DNA of 64,000 bases from Octopus sinensis (taxonomy: Eukaryota): assembly GCF_006345805.1 (NCBI RefSeq), contig NC_043001.1, forward strand, positions 55,676,001 to 55,740,000, given 5' to 3'. The position numbers and the translations under genes were made by a program. Positions within the stretch are counted from its first letter, which is position 1; the number at the start of each line of letters is the position of its first letter. The notes below the pieces were generated by a model, which saw only the letters and a program-made list of their open reading frames with translations, was not told the DNA's origin and made no database searches. This document shows positions 38,835 through 53,081 of the stretch, one piece after another.

Positions 38835-39049
38835 TATTGGTTTCAAATTTTGGCACAGGGCCAGCAAGTTCAGCGTAGGGGTAAGTCAATTATATCAATC
38901 CCAGTGCTTGACTAGTATTTATTTTATCAACCCCCAAAAAACGAAAGGCAAAATCGACCTTGGCAGAATTTGAACTCAGAACATAACAGATGAAATGCTG
39001 CAAAGCATTTTGCCCAGCATGCTAACAATTCCGCCAGCTCACTGCCTTA
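38835..39049 (-). mobile_element. SINE family S2, full length
   Basis: Reverse complement of 17206-17413. Confidence 0.85.
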
Positions 39050-39740
39050 TCCACTGTAAGAATATTGATGTCCATTTCGGCTAAACATTTAATCCTCAAT
39101 GTTCCAGTCCATCTAGCTCTCGGAAATAGCTAAAAACAGATACTTAGGAATGTTATCAGAGACAGAGTGGCATCAGACAAGGGAGAAGATTGGTTTTTCT
39201 CTCAATATAGCATAATTGCTTTGAAACCACAGCCTAGCATTGGCCTTTGAAAGCCCTTCAGAGTTTATGAGGTAATTTATATTCAACTTCATGCTACAAA
39301 TATGCCAAAGTAAAAAGATAGGCAGATGACCAAATTTATTAAAACACAACTAATTAGATTCTCATTTCACATCCACCAACATGACAGGCACATTATCTCT
39401 TTGTTTTAACCACACTAACATATCTACTGTAAAACACCATAAAAATATTTTAATTCTAAATGCTCTCTGATTCATTCCTTTAACCTTCATGGCTCATATT
39501 TCATTTAAACACACCATACTGTAACACTGCTGTTATCAGGTCTTACATAAGCCATGCTACTTCATTCATCTGCTATCACTTCTTTCAGCAAAAGATTTTT
39601 GTTGCTGTCTTCAGCTAAACAATTCTTGATGCTCAGTGTTTATATGTGTGTGTGTTTATGTGTGAGTGTGTGTGTGTGTGTGCATGTGTGTCATGTCGTG
39701 TGTGTATGCATACATGTATATGTGCAGTATATACCTATAT

Positions 39741-39812
<72 letters not shown>

Positions 39813-40682
39813 TGAGAGTTTAAGGAATATAATCAGTAAAATACTCATTTATTTAGTTTGTTCCAAATTAACTTCAGCCATTTATTTTTTACAGAAATAT
39901 TTATCTATTCATAGGAATGGCTCTATAAAAAAATAAACAACTAAATAGAACTCAAGAAAGCAGAAGATAACCCTATCCAAATTTCAAGATGGCTGATGTC
40001 TCATACATAATGTAAAAACAAAACTAGTCTATAACCTAAGATATGAACATAGCAAGGATGGAAAAAAAAATCTCTGAAAATGTTTTATTTGCACTTTTAT
40101 TCTAAGAAGATTAGAATGATCTTGTTATTATTGCTTTTGCTTTTGTTATTTTTTTTTTTTTACTGCTGCAATATTCCACCCCTACTAAACATATCACTAT
40201 GAAGAAGAATTTGCATCAAAGAAGATGAAAATGGCAGGCAAAGAAAAAAAACGATGGGGAGAAAGAAAGACAGAAAGGCCATCTAGGTAAGTTACTTCTT
40301 TGGAAAAACAAAGCATGTGAGAAAGAATTATGGATAAGAGTTGAGTCACCAATCTATGTGATTCTTCTGGTCTTTTTTTTCCCCCAGATGAGAAGAGAAA
40401 GCAATAAAATAAAGTGACAACTTGAAAATATGGAAAATTCTTATTCATCTCTTTTAATATATATAGAAGAATCCCAGCAGAGTCTGTTCAAAGATATCTA
40501 CACTGTGTTCCTTCAAACACCTAGCAAACGTGTAATCAAGTTGTCAGTAAGGTAACAAGATTTAATTTTTCAAATATCAGAAAATATACATTAACTACCT
40601 TCAAGATATCAACCAGAAATGACAAGAATATCAACTATTCACAACACACACACAGACACACACATATACAGACAGAGGTAGA

Positions 40683-40739
<57 letters not shown>

Positions 40740-40909
40740 ATGAAAAAGAGTAGAAAAATAAATAGATGTGGCTATATGCAGCAAACACATACAACATATC
40801 TGTAAAACTTCCTCCTCTCTCCATAAACATACATGCAAACATATATATATGTTTATTGGAGAGGAGAGGAATTTTTACATATATTTGGTAATGTTCACAA
40901 CCACATAAA

Positions 40910-41135
40910 TATGAGGGGCTGCTGAAAAGTTCCTGGCTTAAAGGGTATTGCAAAAGGCCAGGTTGGAAGCCTAACCTTCCGAGTTCCTTTACAGGACTTA
41001 AAAAAACTGAAGGACCACTGCAATTAGTGTGTGAATCTGAGAGAGGAATAGGATCAAATAAAATCATAATTAACTGATCCTCCTCTATCTTCTTTTACCC
41101 AAAAGCCAGGAACTTTTCAGCACCCCCACCCCGTA
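40910..41135. mobile_element. Mariner-derived MITE
   Basis: TA-tgaggggctgctgaaaagttcctggctt ... aagccaggaacttttcagcaccc...cg-TA. Confidence 0.85.
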
Positions 41136-41221
41136 CAAGCATTATGTATGAGTATGTATGAGTATGTATGCATAAATATGCATATCATCATCATTATCAT
41201 TTTATATTCTTTCATTTTGTC

Positions 41222-41404
41222 ACTTGTTTCAATCATTAGACTGTGGCCATACTGAGGCACTGCCTTGGAGTATTTTAGTCGAATAAATCAATCCCATTAC
41301 TTGTGATTTTTTAACCCTGGTATTTATTCTATTGGTCTCTTTAGCCAAAACATTAAGTTATGGGAACAAAAACACAACACTGGTTGTCAAGCAGGGATGT
41401 GAGA

Positions 41405-41443
<39 letters not shown>

Positions 41444-41603
41444 CTGGCTTCATTCAGCTACTGTCTATCAAATCCATTCAGAAGGCTTTGGTCGACCCAA
41501 GTTAATAGTAGAAAACACTTGACCAATGTGCACCGCAGTGGGACTGAACCTCAAATCATGGGGTGTGCAAGCAAGCTTCTTAACACACAATCACTCCTGC
41601 ACC
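41222..41603 (-). mobile_element. SINE family S1 (older copy)
   Basis: Homologous to 1646-2013. Confidence 0.8.
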
Positions 41604-42369
41604 TTTGCTCACTTTCCATAATGCCCATGAGTTGAATGGTTCACCAGGATTTGAGTCAGTTCTTATAGGAGCTACAGTGGTAACAGGGATAGGTCAGAGT
41701 ATCATATCTTGATCAGCTATCTCAGTTTTTGTATGGTTTCTATGGTAGGATACCCACCCTAATACCACCAACATAACAGGGTGTACTGTTTTCAGTTTAT
41801 CATGACACAAGTCTTAGTGAGACCATGTTATACATGAAAAATTAAGGATACTCCCACAACTGAAAAAGAAAATAGGAGAAAGAAATGACTTCAAGCAAGG
41901 CACTGAAAGAAGTTATAGTATAATGAAAGGATCAGACATATTGTTGTAAGGGTTTGATAGTGAAGGGAGTAAGAGGAGAGAAAAGGGGGAAAGAGTAATG
42001 TTAGGAGTTAGCGAAAGAGAGGCAGACAGTGATTAAGATGGTGGGGGTGTTAGGTTGAGTAAGGAGTAATTCCAGTGCTATGGATGTGTGAAAGAGGGAT
42101 ATAGATGGTGGGGGAACTTGAAATCAAGAATGGTAAGGTGGAGGTTACAAAAGTGCGGTGGAGAGAGTAAGTGATGGTCAAGAGTAAATAAGGGTGGAGG
42201 TTGTCAACGGATGTGTGCATGGTGGTGTGATGTGATGTGGTGTGGTGTTGTGTGGCATGGTGGTGTATGGTGTAGTGGTGTGTGGTGTGGTGGTGTTGGG
42301 AGGTGTGTGAGGCTATATATATATATATATATATGAATATACACATACATATATATATATGTACGTATG

Positions 42370-42400
<31 letters not shown>

Positions 42401-42744
42401 GAATATACACACACATATATATATGTGTGCGTGTGTGTGTGTATATATATATATATATTTATATGCACACATTCTTTATGGATTAACTCAGAAATCAGAC
42501 TGATTCGGTAATAACGGAATTTTTAAAGAAATTTTTATCAGCATGCTTCGAGACGTACTTAAAAGTGATGAATTAATTATATGTGGTTATTGACGAGTTA
42601 AAGTATATTCTCAGCATATTGCCATAGAAATTTCTTTCATTTGCCCTTATTTATAAGTTGTTTATAATTTTCACCTGAAAAGGTATTTCTCAATATGCTG
42701 GCGACTGATAAAATTTTTGAAAATGTTATCCTATATTAGGTATC

Positions 42745-42806
<62 letters not shown>

Positions 42807-42849
42807 CACATACACACACACATATATATACACATACATATATACATAA

Positions 42850-42882
<33 letters not shown>

Positions 42883-42961
42883 TATATATAGATACATAAA
42901 TATATATATATATATATACACATATATATATATATATATATACACATATATAATATATATA

Positions 42962-42992
<31 letters not shown>

Positions 42993-43115
42993 TATATATA
43001 TATAACGGGGAGGTTAATGAAAATAAACAAAAGACGAAGGCAGGTGGAGTACAAACAAATGTATTAGTATACCGCTCAGGAATAGAAATAGAACATAACT
43101 ATATACTTGCATATA

Positions 43116-43495
43116 CGAGCAAAACGCCACCGTTTAATGGACGGTGCTGAGTTGTCAAACATTTAAACTAAATTTTCTCAAAACAACTTGTCCGACCGTC
43201 CCATAGGCCTCCCCTTTGAGAAACACTGATTTAACCTAAATTTGAGACACCAGCAAAAGAAGAAGTAAAGATATCAATCGCAACAGCTGATGTACTTGAG
43301 CATACAAACGCATGTTCCCACGGCTTTATCGATCGCATTCTCACCTGGAATCAATTTTGGTAATTTTTTCAAGACTTATACACGCCCTGATACCATCGGT
43401 ATCTACACATCAAATTTGAGCACGATCGGATGGAGGATGCGCAAGATCCTAGAAGACACACACACAGTCAGAGAGAATGGATTTTATATAATAGA
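43116..43495 (-). mobile_element. Non-autonomous Helitron (380 bp), apparently young
   Basis: Minus strand: A|TCTATTATATAAAA 5' end, 3' hairpin CACCGT-ccattaa-ACGGTG followed by gcgttttg-CTCG|T. No TSD. Many intact CpGs. Confidence 0.75.
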
Positions 43496-43499
43496 TACA

Positions 43500-43918
43500 T
43501 AAATATATATACACAATATATATATATACATACATACATACATACATATATGTATACATATATACATACATATATTATACACATATATATGCATATATAT
43601 ACATATATGTACACATATATATATGCATATATATATACACATATATATATATAGACATACATATATGTACACATATATATGCATATATATACATATATAT
43701 ATATAGACATACATATATGTACACATATATATGCATATATATACATATATATATATAGACATACATATATGTGCACATATATATGCATATATATACATAT
43801 ATATATATAGACATGTACACATATATATGCATATATATACATATATATATATAGACATGTACACATATATATGCATATATATACATATATATATATAGAC
43901 ATGTACACATATATATGC

Positions 43919-43965
<47 letters not shown>

Positions 43966-44102
43966 TAGACATACATATATGTACACATATATATATGCAT
44001 ATATATACATATATATATACACATATATATATATATATAGACATACATATATGTACACATATATATATGCATATATATATACACATATATATGCATATAT
44101 AT

Positions 44103-44150
<48 letters not shown>

Positions 44151-44250
44151 CATATATATTCACACTCGCACACACAAACACACATATATATGTATATATA
44201 TAGATATATATAGATATATATATATAGATATATATATATATATACATATT
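43500..44250. repeat. TA-derived minisatellite with ~40-50 bp higher-order units
   Basis: Recurrent tagacat(acatatat)gtacacatatatatgcatatatatacat units. Confidence 0.9.
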
Positions 44251-44966
44251 CTTATATTGTTTTGTTTCAGTTATTTGAATGCAGCGATGCTGGAGCACCG
44301 CCTTTAGTTGAACAAATCGACCCCAGAAAAAATTCTTTCTTTTGCCAAACCGCTAAGTTACGGGATGGAAACACAAGAACATTGGTTATCAAGTTATGGC
44401 GGGGGTACAAACACAGATACACAAGCATTTTATACATACAGATCTATATAGACACACACACAAATACTTATATACATGCATACATATATATATATACATA
44501 TATACATACATGCGTATATATATTTACATACACATATGTATATATACACACATACATACGTACATACACACACATGATACATGCATATATTGCTTTCAAA
44601 ATATCACTTTAAAATATTACTTAAGTAACAACACAATTCCAAAAGTAAAGTTATTAGAGTGATCTTGATTGTATGAAGCTTAAGATGTTTGGAGCATTCC
44701 CATAAGAGCCAGAAATGAAATGAAAAATACGAGATTGAAACAACCACTTTTGCATGTGTTGCTTGTAGGTTTTTTTTTTGTTTGTTTTTTTTTTTGCTTT
44801 TGCAAAAGAATGTAAAGATAAGTGTTTACTTCATAGCTTTCATATAATATTTCAAAATATATTCAAGAAACTGATATTCTGAAGGCAAAAAACAGGTCTG
44901 GATTACTGGCTGAACTATCAAAAACAAGTAATTCAGATTATGAACTTTTCAATAATAATGTAATAC

Positions 44967-45182
44967 ATCCTTTAGCATTTAAACTCACTATATATGGCCC
45001 AAAAATTTTACTTGGTTTTTATTCAAACCTGCCAGATCCAGCCCCTCACACCTGCTCTGCAATATTAGTCTAAAAATATACAATCACATCATTGAAATCG
45101 CAAAGCTGTGAGACAGTGCATGATTAATTCAAAACATTGTGAATAAATAAGCCTAAGAGAAATCTGAATGCTAAAATGTTAA
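44967..45182 (+). mobile_element. MITE family B
   Basis: cctttagcatttaaac ... aatctgaatgctaaaatgttaa. Confidence 0.8.
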
Positions 45183-45244
45183 AGGGTACGCTACACTTAC
45201 GTATGGAGTTCTGTACACACCAACAGCTCTTTCTATCTCTCTAC

Positions 45245-45620
45245 ATCATCATCATCATCATCATCATTTAGTGTCTGCTTTCCATGCTGGCATGGGTTAG
45301 ACAGTTTGACTGAGACTGCTAAGCTTGAAGTATGCACCAGGTTCCAATCTGATTTGGCATGGTTTCTATGTCTGGATGTACTTCTTAATGCCAACTATTC
45401 CAAGAATGTAATGGGTGCTTTTTATGTGGCACCAGCATCAGCCATAACTATGATTTCACTTTGACTCGACAGATCTTCTCAAGCATGGCATATCACCAAA
45501 GATCTCGGTCACTTATCAATGCCTCTGTGAGGCCCAATGTTCGAAGGGTGCTTTTTATGTGCCACTTACATGACACCAGCATCAGCTATGACTATGATTT
45601 CACTTGGCTTCACGGGTCTA
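45245..45620 (-). mobile_element. SINE family S4 with an internal duplicated block
   Basis: (cat)n + ctttccatgctggcatgggt. The block caccagcatcagc...ctatgatttcactt occurs twice. Confidence 0.75.
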
Positions 45621-46469
45621 TATCACACATATCTATATCCTCATTTTTACATCCAATTTATCTATGCTGGCATGAGTTAGATAAGACTTCTTGATACAAT
45701 ATTCTATAGCCAGATACCCTTCCTGATAACACTTATTTTTAAACTCCTTTCAGTTTCTGTCTACCAAATCTAACTCACAAGGCTTTGGTTGGCCCAAAGC
45801 TATAGTAAAAGACACTTGCTCAAGGTGCCATGCAGTGGGACTGAACCTGGAACAATGTGATTTGGAAGTAAACTTGTTTCCACACAGCCATGCCTGCACC
45901 TATAGATATATATGCACGTGTTTGTATGAAAACACCCACAATTTAATTATCTAGAATTTAATAAATAGATTATCTGATACTTTTTTTCACCTTCTCTCCT
46001 ACCTAATCATGTAATACATTTGACTTAATGACAAATATTTCCTGCAAATACATTCCATATATGCACTTTCAGACAGCATTCACACATACATATGCATACA
46101 TGTGTACATACAACTGTACTATATAAATGTGCACAAGCACATACATGAATTACGAGGAAGCATACTTGCAAACACAAAACAGACAGCAAGCAATAAACTT
46201 TGCCATAATTTGATAGAATCTCCTGACACTTCTCCCTTGCAATATCTTATTCATATTCAAGTAGTTACAAAATATAAAATAAAAATCTCTCAAATGACAC
46301 ACTATAGTTAAATGGGAGGTTTGGAGGAGGAATAAATTATTACGTTGTGCTAGAAATGTTACTCCGATTGAATGCAAAGACCAAGTCTTCAACGACATAA
46401 CAAAAGAAAAGAAACCAAACATTGGCATCAAGTATGCAGCAGCATATGAGCAATGGAATAATTGAATTA

Positions 46470-47302
46470 TTAACCCTTCAGCATTTAAACCGGTCAGATC
46501 TGGTCCAATTATTCTGCCTGTTTTATGTTTTTAGTTGGTCAAATCTGCTTTCTCACCTATCCTAACCCTTTATATACCAACCTGCCTGAAATCACCTTTG
46601 GTTCTGATACAAACTTGTCATTCTAAAGTGATCTAAATTAAAAGCTTCCACCAAAATTTCATGTTAATTTATGTTCTAAAGCCCAGCTTCATAATGTCTA
46701 AGTCATTCTAATATATTTTTTATTATTTTAAACTAATTGAAAGAAAGGCAATATATTTCAACAGAAATACGGTAACAAAAAGGCTGGAAAGTCAATCTAA
46801 AAATCAACAATGACATCATTGAAATTTCAAAGTTACAAGATAATGCATGATAAACTAAAAACAATGTGGTGGTTGTGGGGAAAGAAGCTTGCTTCAAGCC
46901 ACATAGTTCAGGGTTCAATTCCACTGCATAGCACCATGGGCAAGTGTCTTCTGCTATAGCCTTGGGTCGACTGAAGCCAAGTGAGTGAATTTGGAAGACG
47001 GAAACTGAAAGAAACCCCTTGTGTGTGTGTGTGTATATATATATATAGCTATGTGTCTCTGTGTCTGTGTTTGTCCTCCTACCACCTCTTGACAATCAGT
47101 GTTGGTGTGTTTGTGTCCCCGTAACTTAGCAGTTCAGCAAAAAAGAGAGAGATAAAATAAGTACCATGCTTAAAAATTAAGTACTGGTGTTGATTCATTT
47201 GACTATAAATTCTTCAAGGCAGTGCCCCAGCATGGCTGCAGTCTAATGACTGAAACAAGTAAAAGAATAAAGGAATACATAATCTGAATGCGAAAGGGTT
47301 AA
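46470..47302 (+). mobile_element. Nested cluster: MITE B containing a MITE A (46566-46783) and a SINE S1 (46866-47273)
   Basis: MITE B left end ttaacccttcagcatttaaacc, middle at 46790-46868, right end aatctgaatgcgaaagggttaa. Confidence 0.85.
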
Positions 47303-47528
47303 ATAAGAAATAAACAAATGGACCCTCGTCTGCCAGTTTCAACAACAAGTATTTTAATTATTTGTGGCTGTATGGAAAGAAGCTTGTTTCCAAAACACAT
47401 GGTTCTGGGTTCAGTCCCATGGCATGGCACTTTAGGCAAGTGTCTTCTACTATAGAGTAGGTGTGACAGGCTAGATCTGGCCAGTTGAACAGAGAATTGG
47501 TAGAATGTTTGGGCCTGATATGGCTGGT

Positions 47529-47754
47529 TTAAGCCTTTAGTATTTAGATTATTCTGTCAAATGTAATGTTTGTTTATATTGTTTTATAAATTAATCATGC
47601 ATTATCTTGTAGCTTTGAGATTTTAATGATGTGATTGTTTAATTTTAGAATGACATTTTGTGGTTTTTGTTAGGGGCCAGATCTGGCCAGTTTCAACATA
47701 AGACAGGTAGAATATTTTGGCAGGACATAGCCAGTTTGAATGCTAAATGGTTAA
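47529..47754 (-). mobile_element. MITE family B, preceded by a partial copy at about 47455-47532
   Basis: ttaagcctttagtatttagattattctgtc ... tttgaatgctaaatggttaa. Confidence 0.8.
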
Positions 47755-48914
47755 TGTAATTTTCAAATTGAATCATCATGGAAATGTGTGGCAAGGATGG
47801 TTCTTAAAAATATAGCTGTAGTCTTCTAATGGGCTTCTGCAAAGCTGACTGACACTTTGATCAAAACCCAAGATTTCATGATTGATTACTAAACAAACTT
47901 CTTAACTACTCCATCAAGCATGCACCAATCTCTCTCTCCCTCATGTGTGTGTGTGTGTGTATGTGTGTGTGTGTGTATATGTATATATATATATATGTAT
48001 GTGTGTGTGTATATATGTATATATATATGTATGTTGTATGTATGTGCATGTATAGATATATGTGTGTGTGTGTGTGTGTATATATATATGTATACATGTG
48101 TATATATGAGTGTGTGTATGTGTATCTGTGTGTGTGATCAATCCCCATTCATTTAAAATCCACTTTTCCATCATTGCATGAGACAGATAGAAGTTACTGA
48201 GGCAGATTTTACTACAACCTGACGCTCTCCCTGTTGCCAACCAACATAATATTTCCCCATAGCCCAGACATGCTTTTCTGCAGAAGACTACAACCTTCAC
48301 ATGATCTCAAAACAAAGGTACATACACACACACACATGCTTATACATGACTGGCTTCCGTAGGTTTCCATCTTACAAATCTACTCAGAAGGCTTTGGTCA
48401 AACTGTGGCTACAGTAAAAGAACACTGGCCCAAGACATCACACAATGGGACTGAACCCAAGGCCACATGACTGGGAAACAAGCTCCACACACAAAACTTA
48501 AAGGGGGTCCTTTCAAACTCACTTGATCTGTTAGACATGGCAGTCAAATCACAACTTCCTGTCTTATGGAAGGAAAGATAATTTAGATAATGTGGAGACA
48601 ATATCTGAAACAAAAGAGTAAGGCAGGATGGTCATAGCTGGAAACCTTTTATCATAAATCTACTGAATCAGAGTTGATTGGGGATTAAATAAACAATATT
48701 TCAATGTAACAAGGAGCTTCTATGGAGTTAATCCACTTTAATCCTTTAATCAACTCTCATGGCAGTTTAAAGGTATTCCAGTATTTACCATCTCATCTCC
48801 AATCCTCCAATACCAGCATACTGTTTCTAGAATTATGCTGTCTAATGTGTCCTATTCTTTTAAGACATTAATTTGAAATTTGGAGGAGATTTAGCTGCTA
48901 TTATTAGCAGTGAA

Positions 48915-49425
48915 GACACATAGCTTAGTGGTTAGGGTATTAGGTGATGAGTTTGATTCCTGGAGCAAGACATTCTATTTCACATTGCTCCAGTCCACCC
49001 AGCTGGTAAAAATGAATTGTACTTGTATTTCAAAGGGCCAGCCATGTCACATTCTGTATTGCGCTGAATCACCCAGAGAATTATGTTAACCCTTTAGCAT
49101 TTAAACCGGCCATATCTGGCCAAAAGTATTCTGCCTGTTTTATGTCCAAACTGGCCAGATCTGGTCTCTCACACCAACCCTACAATATCATTTTAAAAAT
49201 TAACAGCTACCTCATCAAATTCTCATAGTTACAAGATAATGCATGATTAGTTCAAAACAATGTGGATGAAAAAGCATTAATTTTGGCAGAATAATGCGAA
49301 CACTAAAGGGTTAAGGGTTAAGGGTATGTGGAGTGCTCAGCCATTGGCACGTTAATTTTTCACAAGCAGGCTGTTCCACTGATCAGATTAACTGGAGCCC
49401 TTAACATCATAACCAACAGAGTAGC
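48915..49425 (+). mobile_element. SINE S3 interrupted by MITE B (49086-49314)
   Basis: The MITE sits at the TTAA that is present once in uninterrupted S3 copies (about 415 and 6357), confirming TTAA duplication. Confidence 0.88.
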
Positions 49426-50277
49426 AGTTGGTTAGTTATTTCCAAGTTTATCACAAAACAGTTCCCACATTTGCGCATATGTGTGTGTTGCATTTCCAGT
49501 TTGGTTTCTTTATGATTTGTGGTTTCTGTTGTGTTTTTTTTTAACCCCAAGCCAATCCAGATCAAGTAAATTCATGATCAAAGCCATTCCATCTTCTTAG
49601 AGGTATTTCATGTGAAAGTATTGTTGCCTTCCTTGCACTCAACAAGGGTGTCATTTGATGAGTAACTTGACTGCTATTTCTAACAGGCCAACAAACCACA
49701 AAACAACTCTTGTGTTTGCTTGTGTGTGTGTGTCAGATTTCTGAGTGTGTGTGTGCATGCATGTGAAGCCTGTATGTGTTTGGTATGTGGTTTGTGTAGT
49801 TTTGTCTGTATGTGTACAGGCATGTATTATTTGTATGTATTTATACATATGAAATTTTGTGATATATAACCATAGACACATGCCCATGTGTGTGTGTGCA
49901 TGCATGCATGTATGCACAGGTGCCTGCATGCATTTTTATGTCTGACAGCTCTGAGCATTTGTATCTTTCTGAATTTATATGTATGTAAATGCTTATGCCT
50001 TTTTTAAATCTGACAGTATCTTTGAACAATATTTTTTATGAGTGAGAGGGTGTGTGTGTGTGTGTCTGCAAATGATGGCATACATACACAGGCACACACA
50101 CACACACACAACCCATCTTTAGAGAAAATAATGTGGGTGGGATTAGGAAAAGAACATAGTGTTTTCTTTACCTTGCATGCGTGTGTAAGTGTATCCATGT
50201 TTGGACTGGGATGCTGAAGAGCCTGGTTTTGAGAGAATAAGTGTGTGCTTTTGTGTGTGTGTGTGTGTGTATACATT

Positions 50278-50327
<50 letters not shown>

Positions 50328-52302
50328 CACATATGGGTGTGTATATGTGCAAGAGTGCAGAAAAGGACTGATGGTGGTGGTGGTGGTATTATAAGATGCT
50401 TTTAAGTGAAATGGAGTTCAAGGAAGAGGTGGAGATATAACAACAACTTATTCTTTAACCTACCTAATCCCCCTGCACACATTCCCTCCACCGCTGCCAC
50501 AATCGGATCACCACAACCATCACCACCACTGGTTGAAAGGTGACAGAGATGGAATAAGGTGATAGCGTACAATATGCTGTAGGAAGCTATATTAAGGGGC
50601 TTTCTGCATACAGATACATCTGTAGATGCATAATCAGACAATATGCAAGCATATACACAAACATATATACATGCACAAACACATACATATGCGTGTGTGT
50701 GTGTATGCAGCTATGGATGTGTCTGTGCATATATGTATGTGTATAGACATATATTTCTCTTTCAGAAGCCAATGGAACTCATTAACAAAAGCTAAAAGTT
50801 AAGCAATATATTACCATGTTTACCAGTTACTGTATTTTGTATAACAGTATTTATTAGACAAACAAAACAAAATAATCTGCTTCTTAATACAAAGAGAAAG
50901 GAAGTGACAGAGACTGAGGAAAATAGCAAGTAAGAGAGAGAAACCTATATCATTGATGTGTGTGTGTTTGTGTGTGTATGCATGCATGTATATAGCTATA
51001 GATTCCGATACATTATTTACAGTTGCTTCAGTTCACTCAACTAAAAAAAAGGAGTAGCATCTGAATTTCAAAGGGCCAGCCTTGTCACATTTTGCCTTAT
51101 GCTGAACCTCTCGGGGAACTACATTTAGAGTATGCATGTCCGTGGGGTACTCAGCCACTTGCATGTTCCATTGATTAGTTAAATGGAACCCTCTTTGTTA
51201 TAACCGATGGAGTGCCAGTGTGTGTGTGTATGTATATATATATACATATATACACACACATGCGCGCATAATACATATATACATACATATGATATGGGAC
51301 TAGGTGGTTAAAAATGATCTTCAAATGTTGGGCCTCACAGAGGCAATGACAACTGTTCGAGACCTTTGGCAATTTGCTCTGCTTGAGAAGACTTATTAAG
51401 CCGAGTGAAATCACAGCTGTGGTTGGAGCTGGGGACCCGTAAAAGGCAGCAATACTGGTGACACATGAAAGGACCCACTACACTCTTAGAGTGGTTAGCA
51501 TTAAGAAGGGCATTGCATCCAGCCAAACCATTTTACCCATGCTGATGCTAAATGATAACAATGACACACACACATATATTTTGGCATTTAGGAAGGGACA
51601 TAAACACTTAAAAGTCTAAGTTAGGGAGTGTAGTGGAACCAAATGGGAGACAGTAAACTCTAAAATTAAAACTGTTATAGACTCGTAAGTATCCTTTAAC
51701 TGGGAAAAGTCTAGAAGGCTTTACTGATATAAAACTTTCTTGTTACTGGATATTTAACTATGAATCCTTAGAAAGTGGTGTAAGTTTTGTACAAGCATAT
51801 GTCAATAAAATCTAATGACGTACAGATGTCTTTTATTGAGATGGCTTTCATTTAATAAGATGAAGCAATTGTCATATGCATGCATATATACACACAGTTA
51901 TATACTCAAGTATGCATACACACACAAACATGAGTACACATATGTGTCTATGTGTATTAAATACACACATACACACAGCAAAGTGCAAGATTTATTTAGC
52001 TTGTAATTTCTTTTGTTAACTTCTTTTTATTGAATTTTTTATATATATTTTCATCTGGCTATTTCATTGATCAGTTTTAATAGACAACGCCAACAACTAC
52101 ACCTATCATGAGGGAATCTCTAAATGCTCACTTGGCTTGCTAGAAATAGCAGCAAGAAAAAGGTGAGGGGTGATAAAAAGAGGAAGATAAGTTGATCGAG
52201 CACCATGAACAAGAACTGCAAGAAATAACGGCCAAATATTCCTTAAATCCAACCCTACCATCTTGAATACATGAAAACAAATGTTAATATAACATAGTCC
52301 TA

Positions 52303-52732
52303 TAAGGCAGTAAGCTGGCCAAATCATTAGCACACTGGGTAAAGTGCTTAACATCATTTCGTCCATCTTTATGTTTTAAGTTTAAATTTCGCTGAGGTTG
52401 ACTTTGTCCTTCATCCTTTCAGGATCTCTAAAATAAGTACCAGTTGAACACCAAGGTTGATGTAATCAACTTACTCCCCTGAACTTGCTGGCCTTGTGCC
52501 AAAATTTGAAACCAATATAACATATATATTCCTGAGGTGATGTGGCTGGTAAAATCATTAGCATGCTTGGTGAAATGCTTAGTGGCATTTCATCCATCTT
52601 TACGATCTAAGTTCAAATTCTGCCAATGCTGACTATTCCCTTTATCATTTTAGGGTCGGTAAAATAAGTACCAACTTAGCACTGGAGGTCTATGTAATCG
52701 ACTTAACCCTTTCCCCAAAGCTTGCTGGCCTT
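52303..52732 (+). mobile_element. Two adjacent head-to-tail S2 SINEs (52303-52516, 52534-52732)
   Basis: Both carry gctgg...aatcattagca ... ttcaaatt ... aaaataagtacca. Confidence 0.85.
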
Positions 52733-53081
52733 TCCTAGATATTCCCTTAAAAGGCGAAATGATCACAGGTAGAACATCTTGAAGATGTTTGCCAAATCAT
52801 GTCTGACCTAGGGGTATAAAATCACAGCCATACCACTACAACTGTTGCAGTTACTATTCTGCTACAATAGCAATGACAACAACAAATGTACAACAATTTA
52901 CAATACAGCCACCACCATCACCAACATCAGCTGTGCCGTCCATCACCAATTTCATCATCTTTACCTCCTACCATCACCACTGCCGCTGACACCTTTACCA
53001 CTGATAGTTATCACCTTTATCACCTTGCTCCCCCACACCACATCACATTTACTTCTATCACCATCACAATCAACACTATCC

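Noticed and set aside
42050-44662. Long ORFs rich in Y/I/C/V/H/T (for example 276 aa at 43468-44298; also 3017-3953, 47906-48300, 63077-63874)
   Set aside because: These are translations of TA/CA/TATG microsatellites, which lack stop codons. No protein signal.
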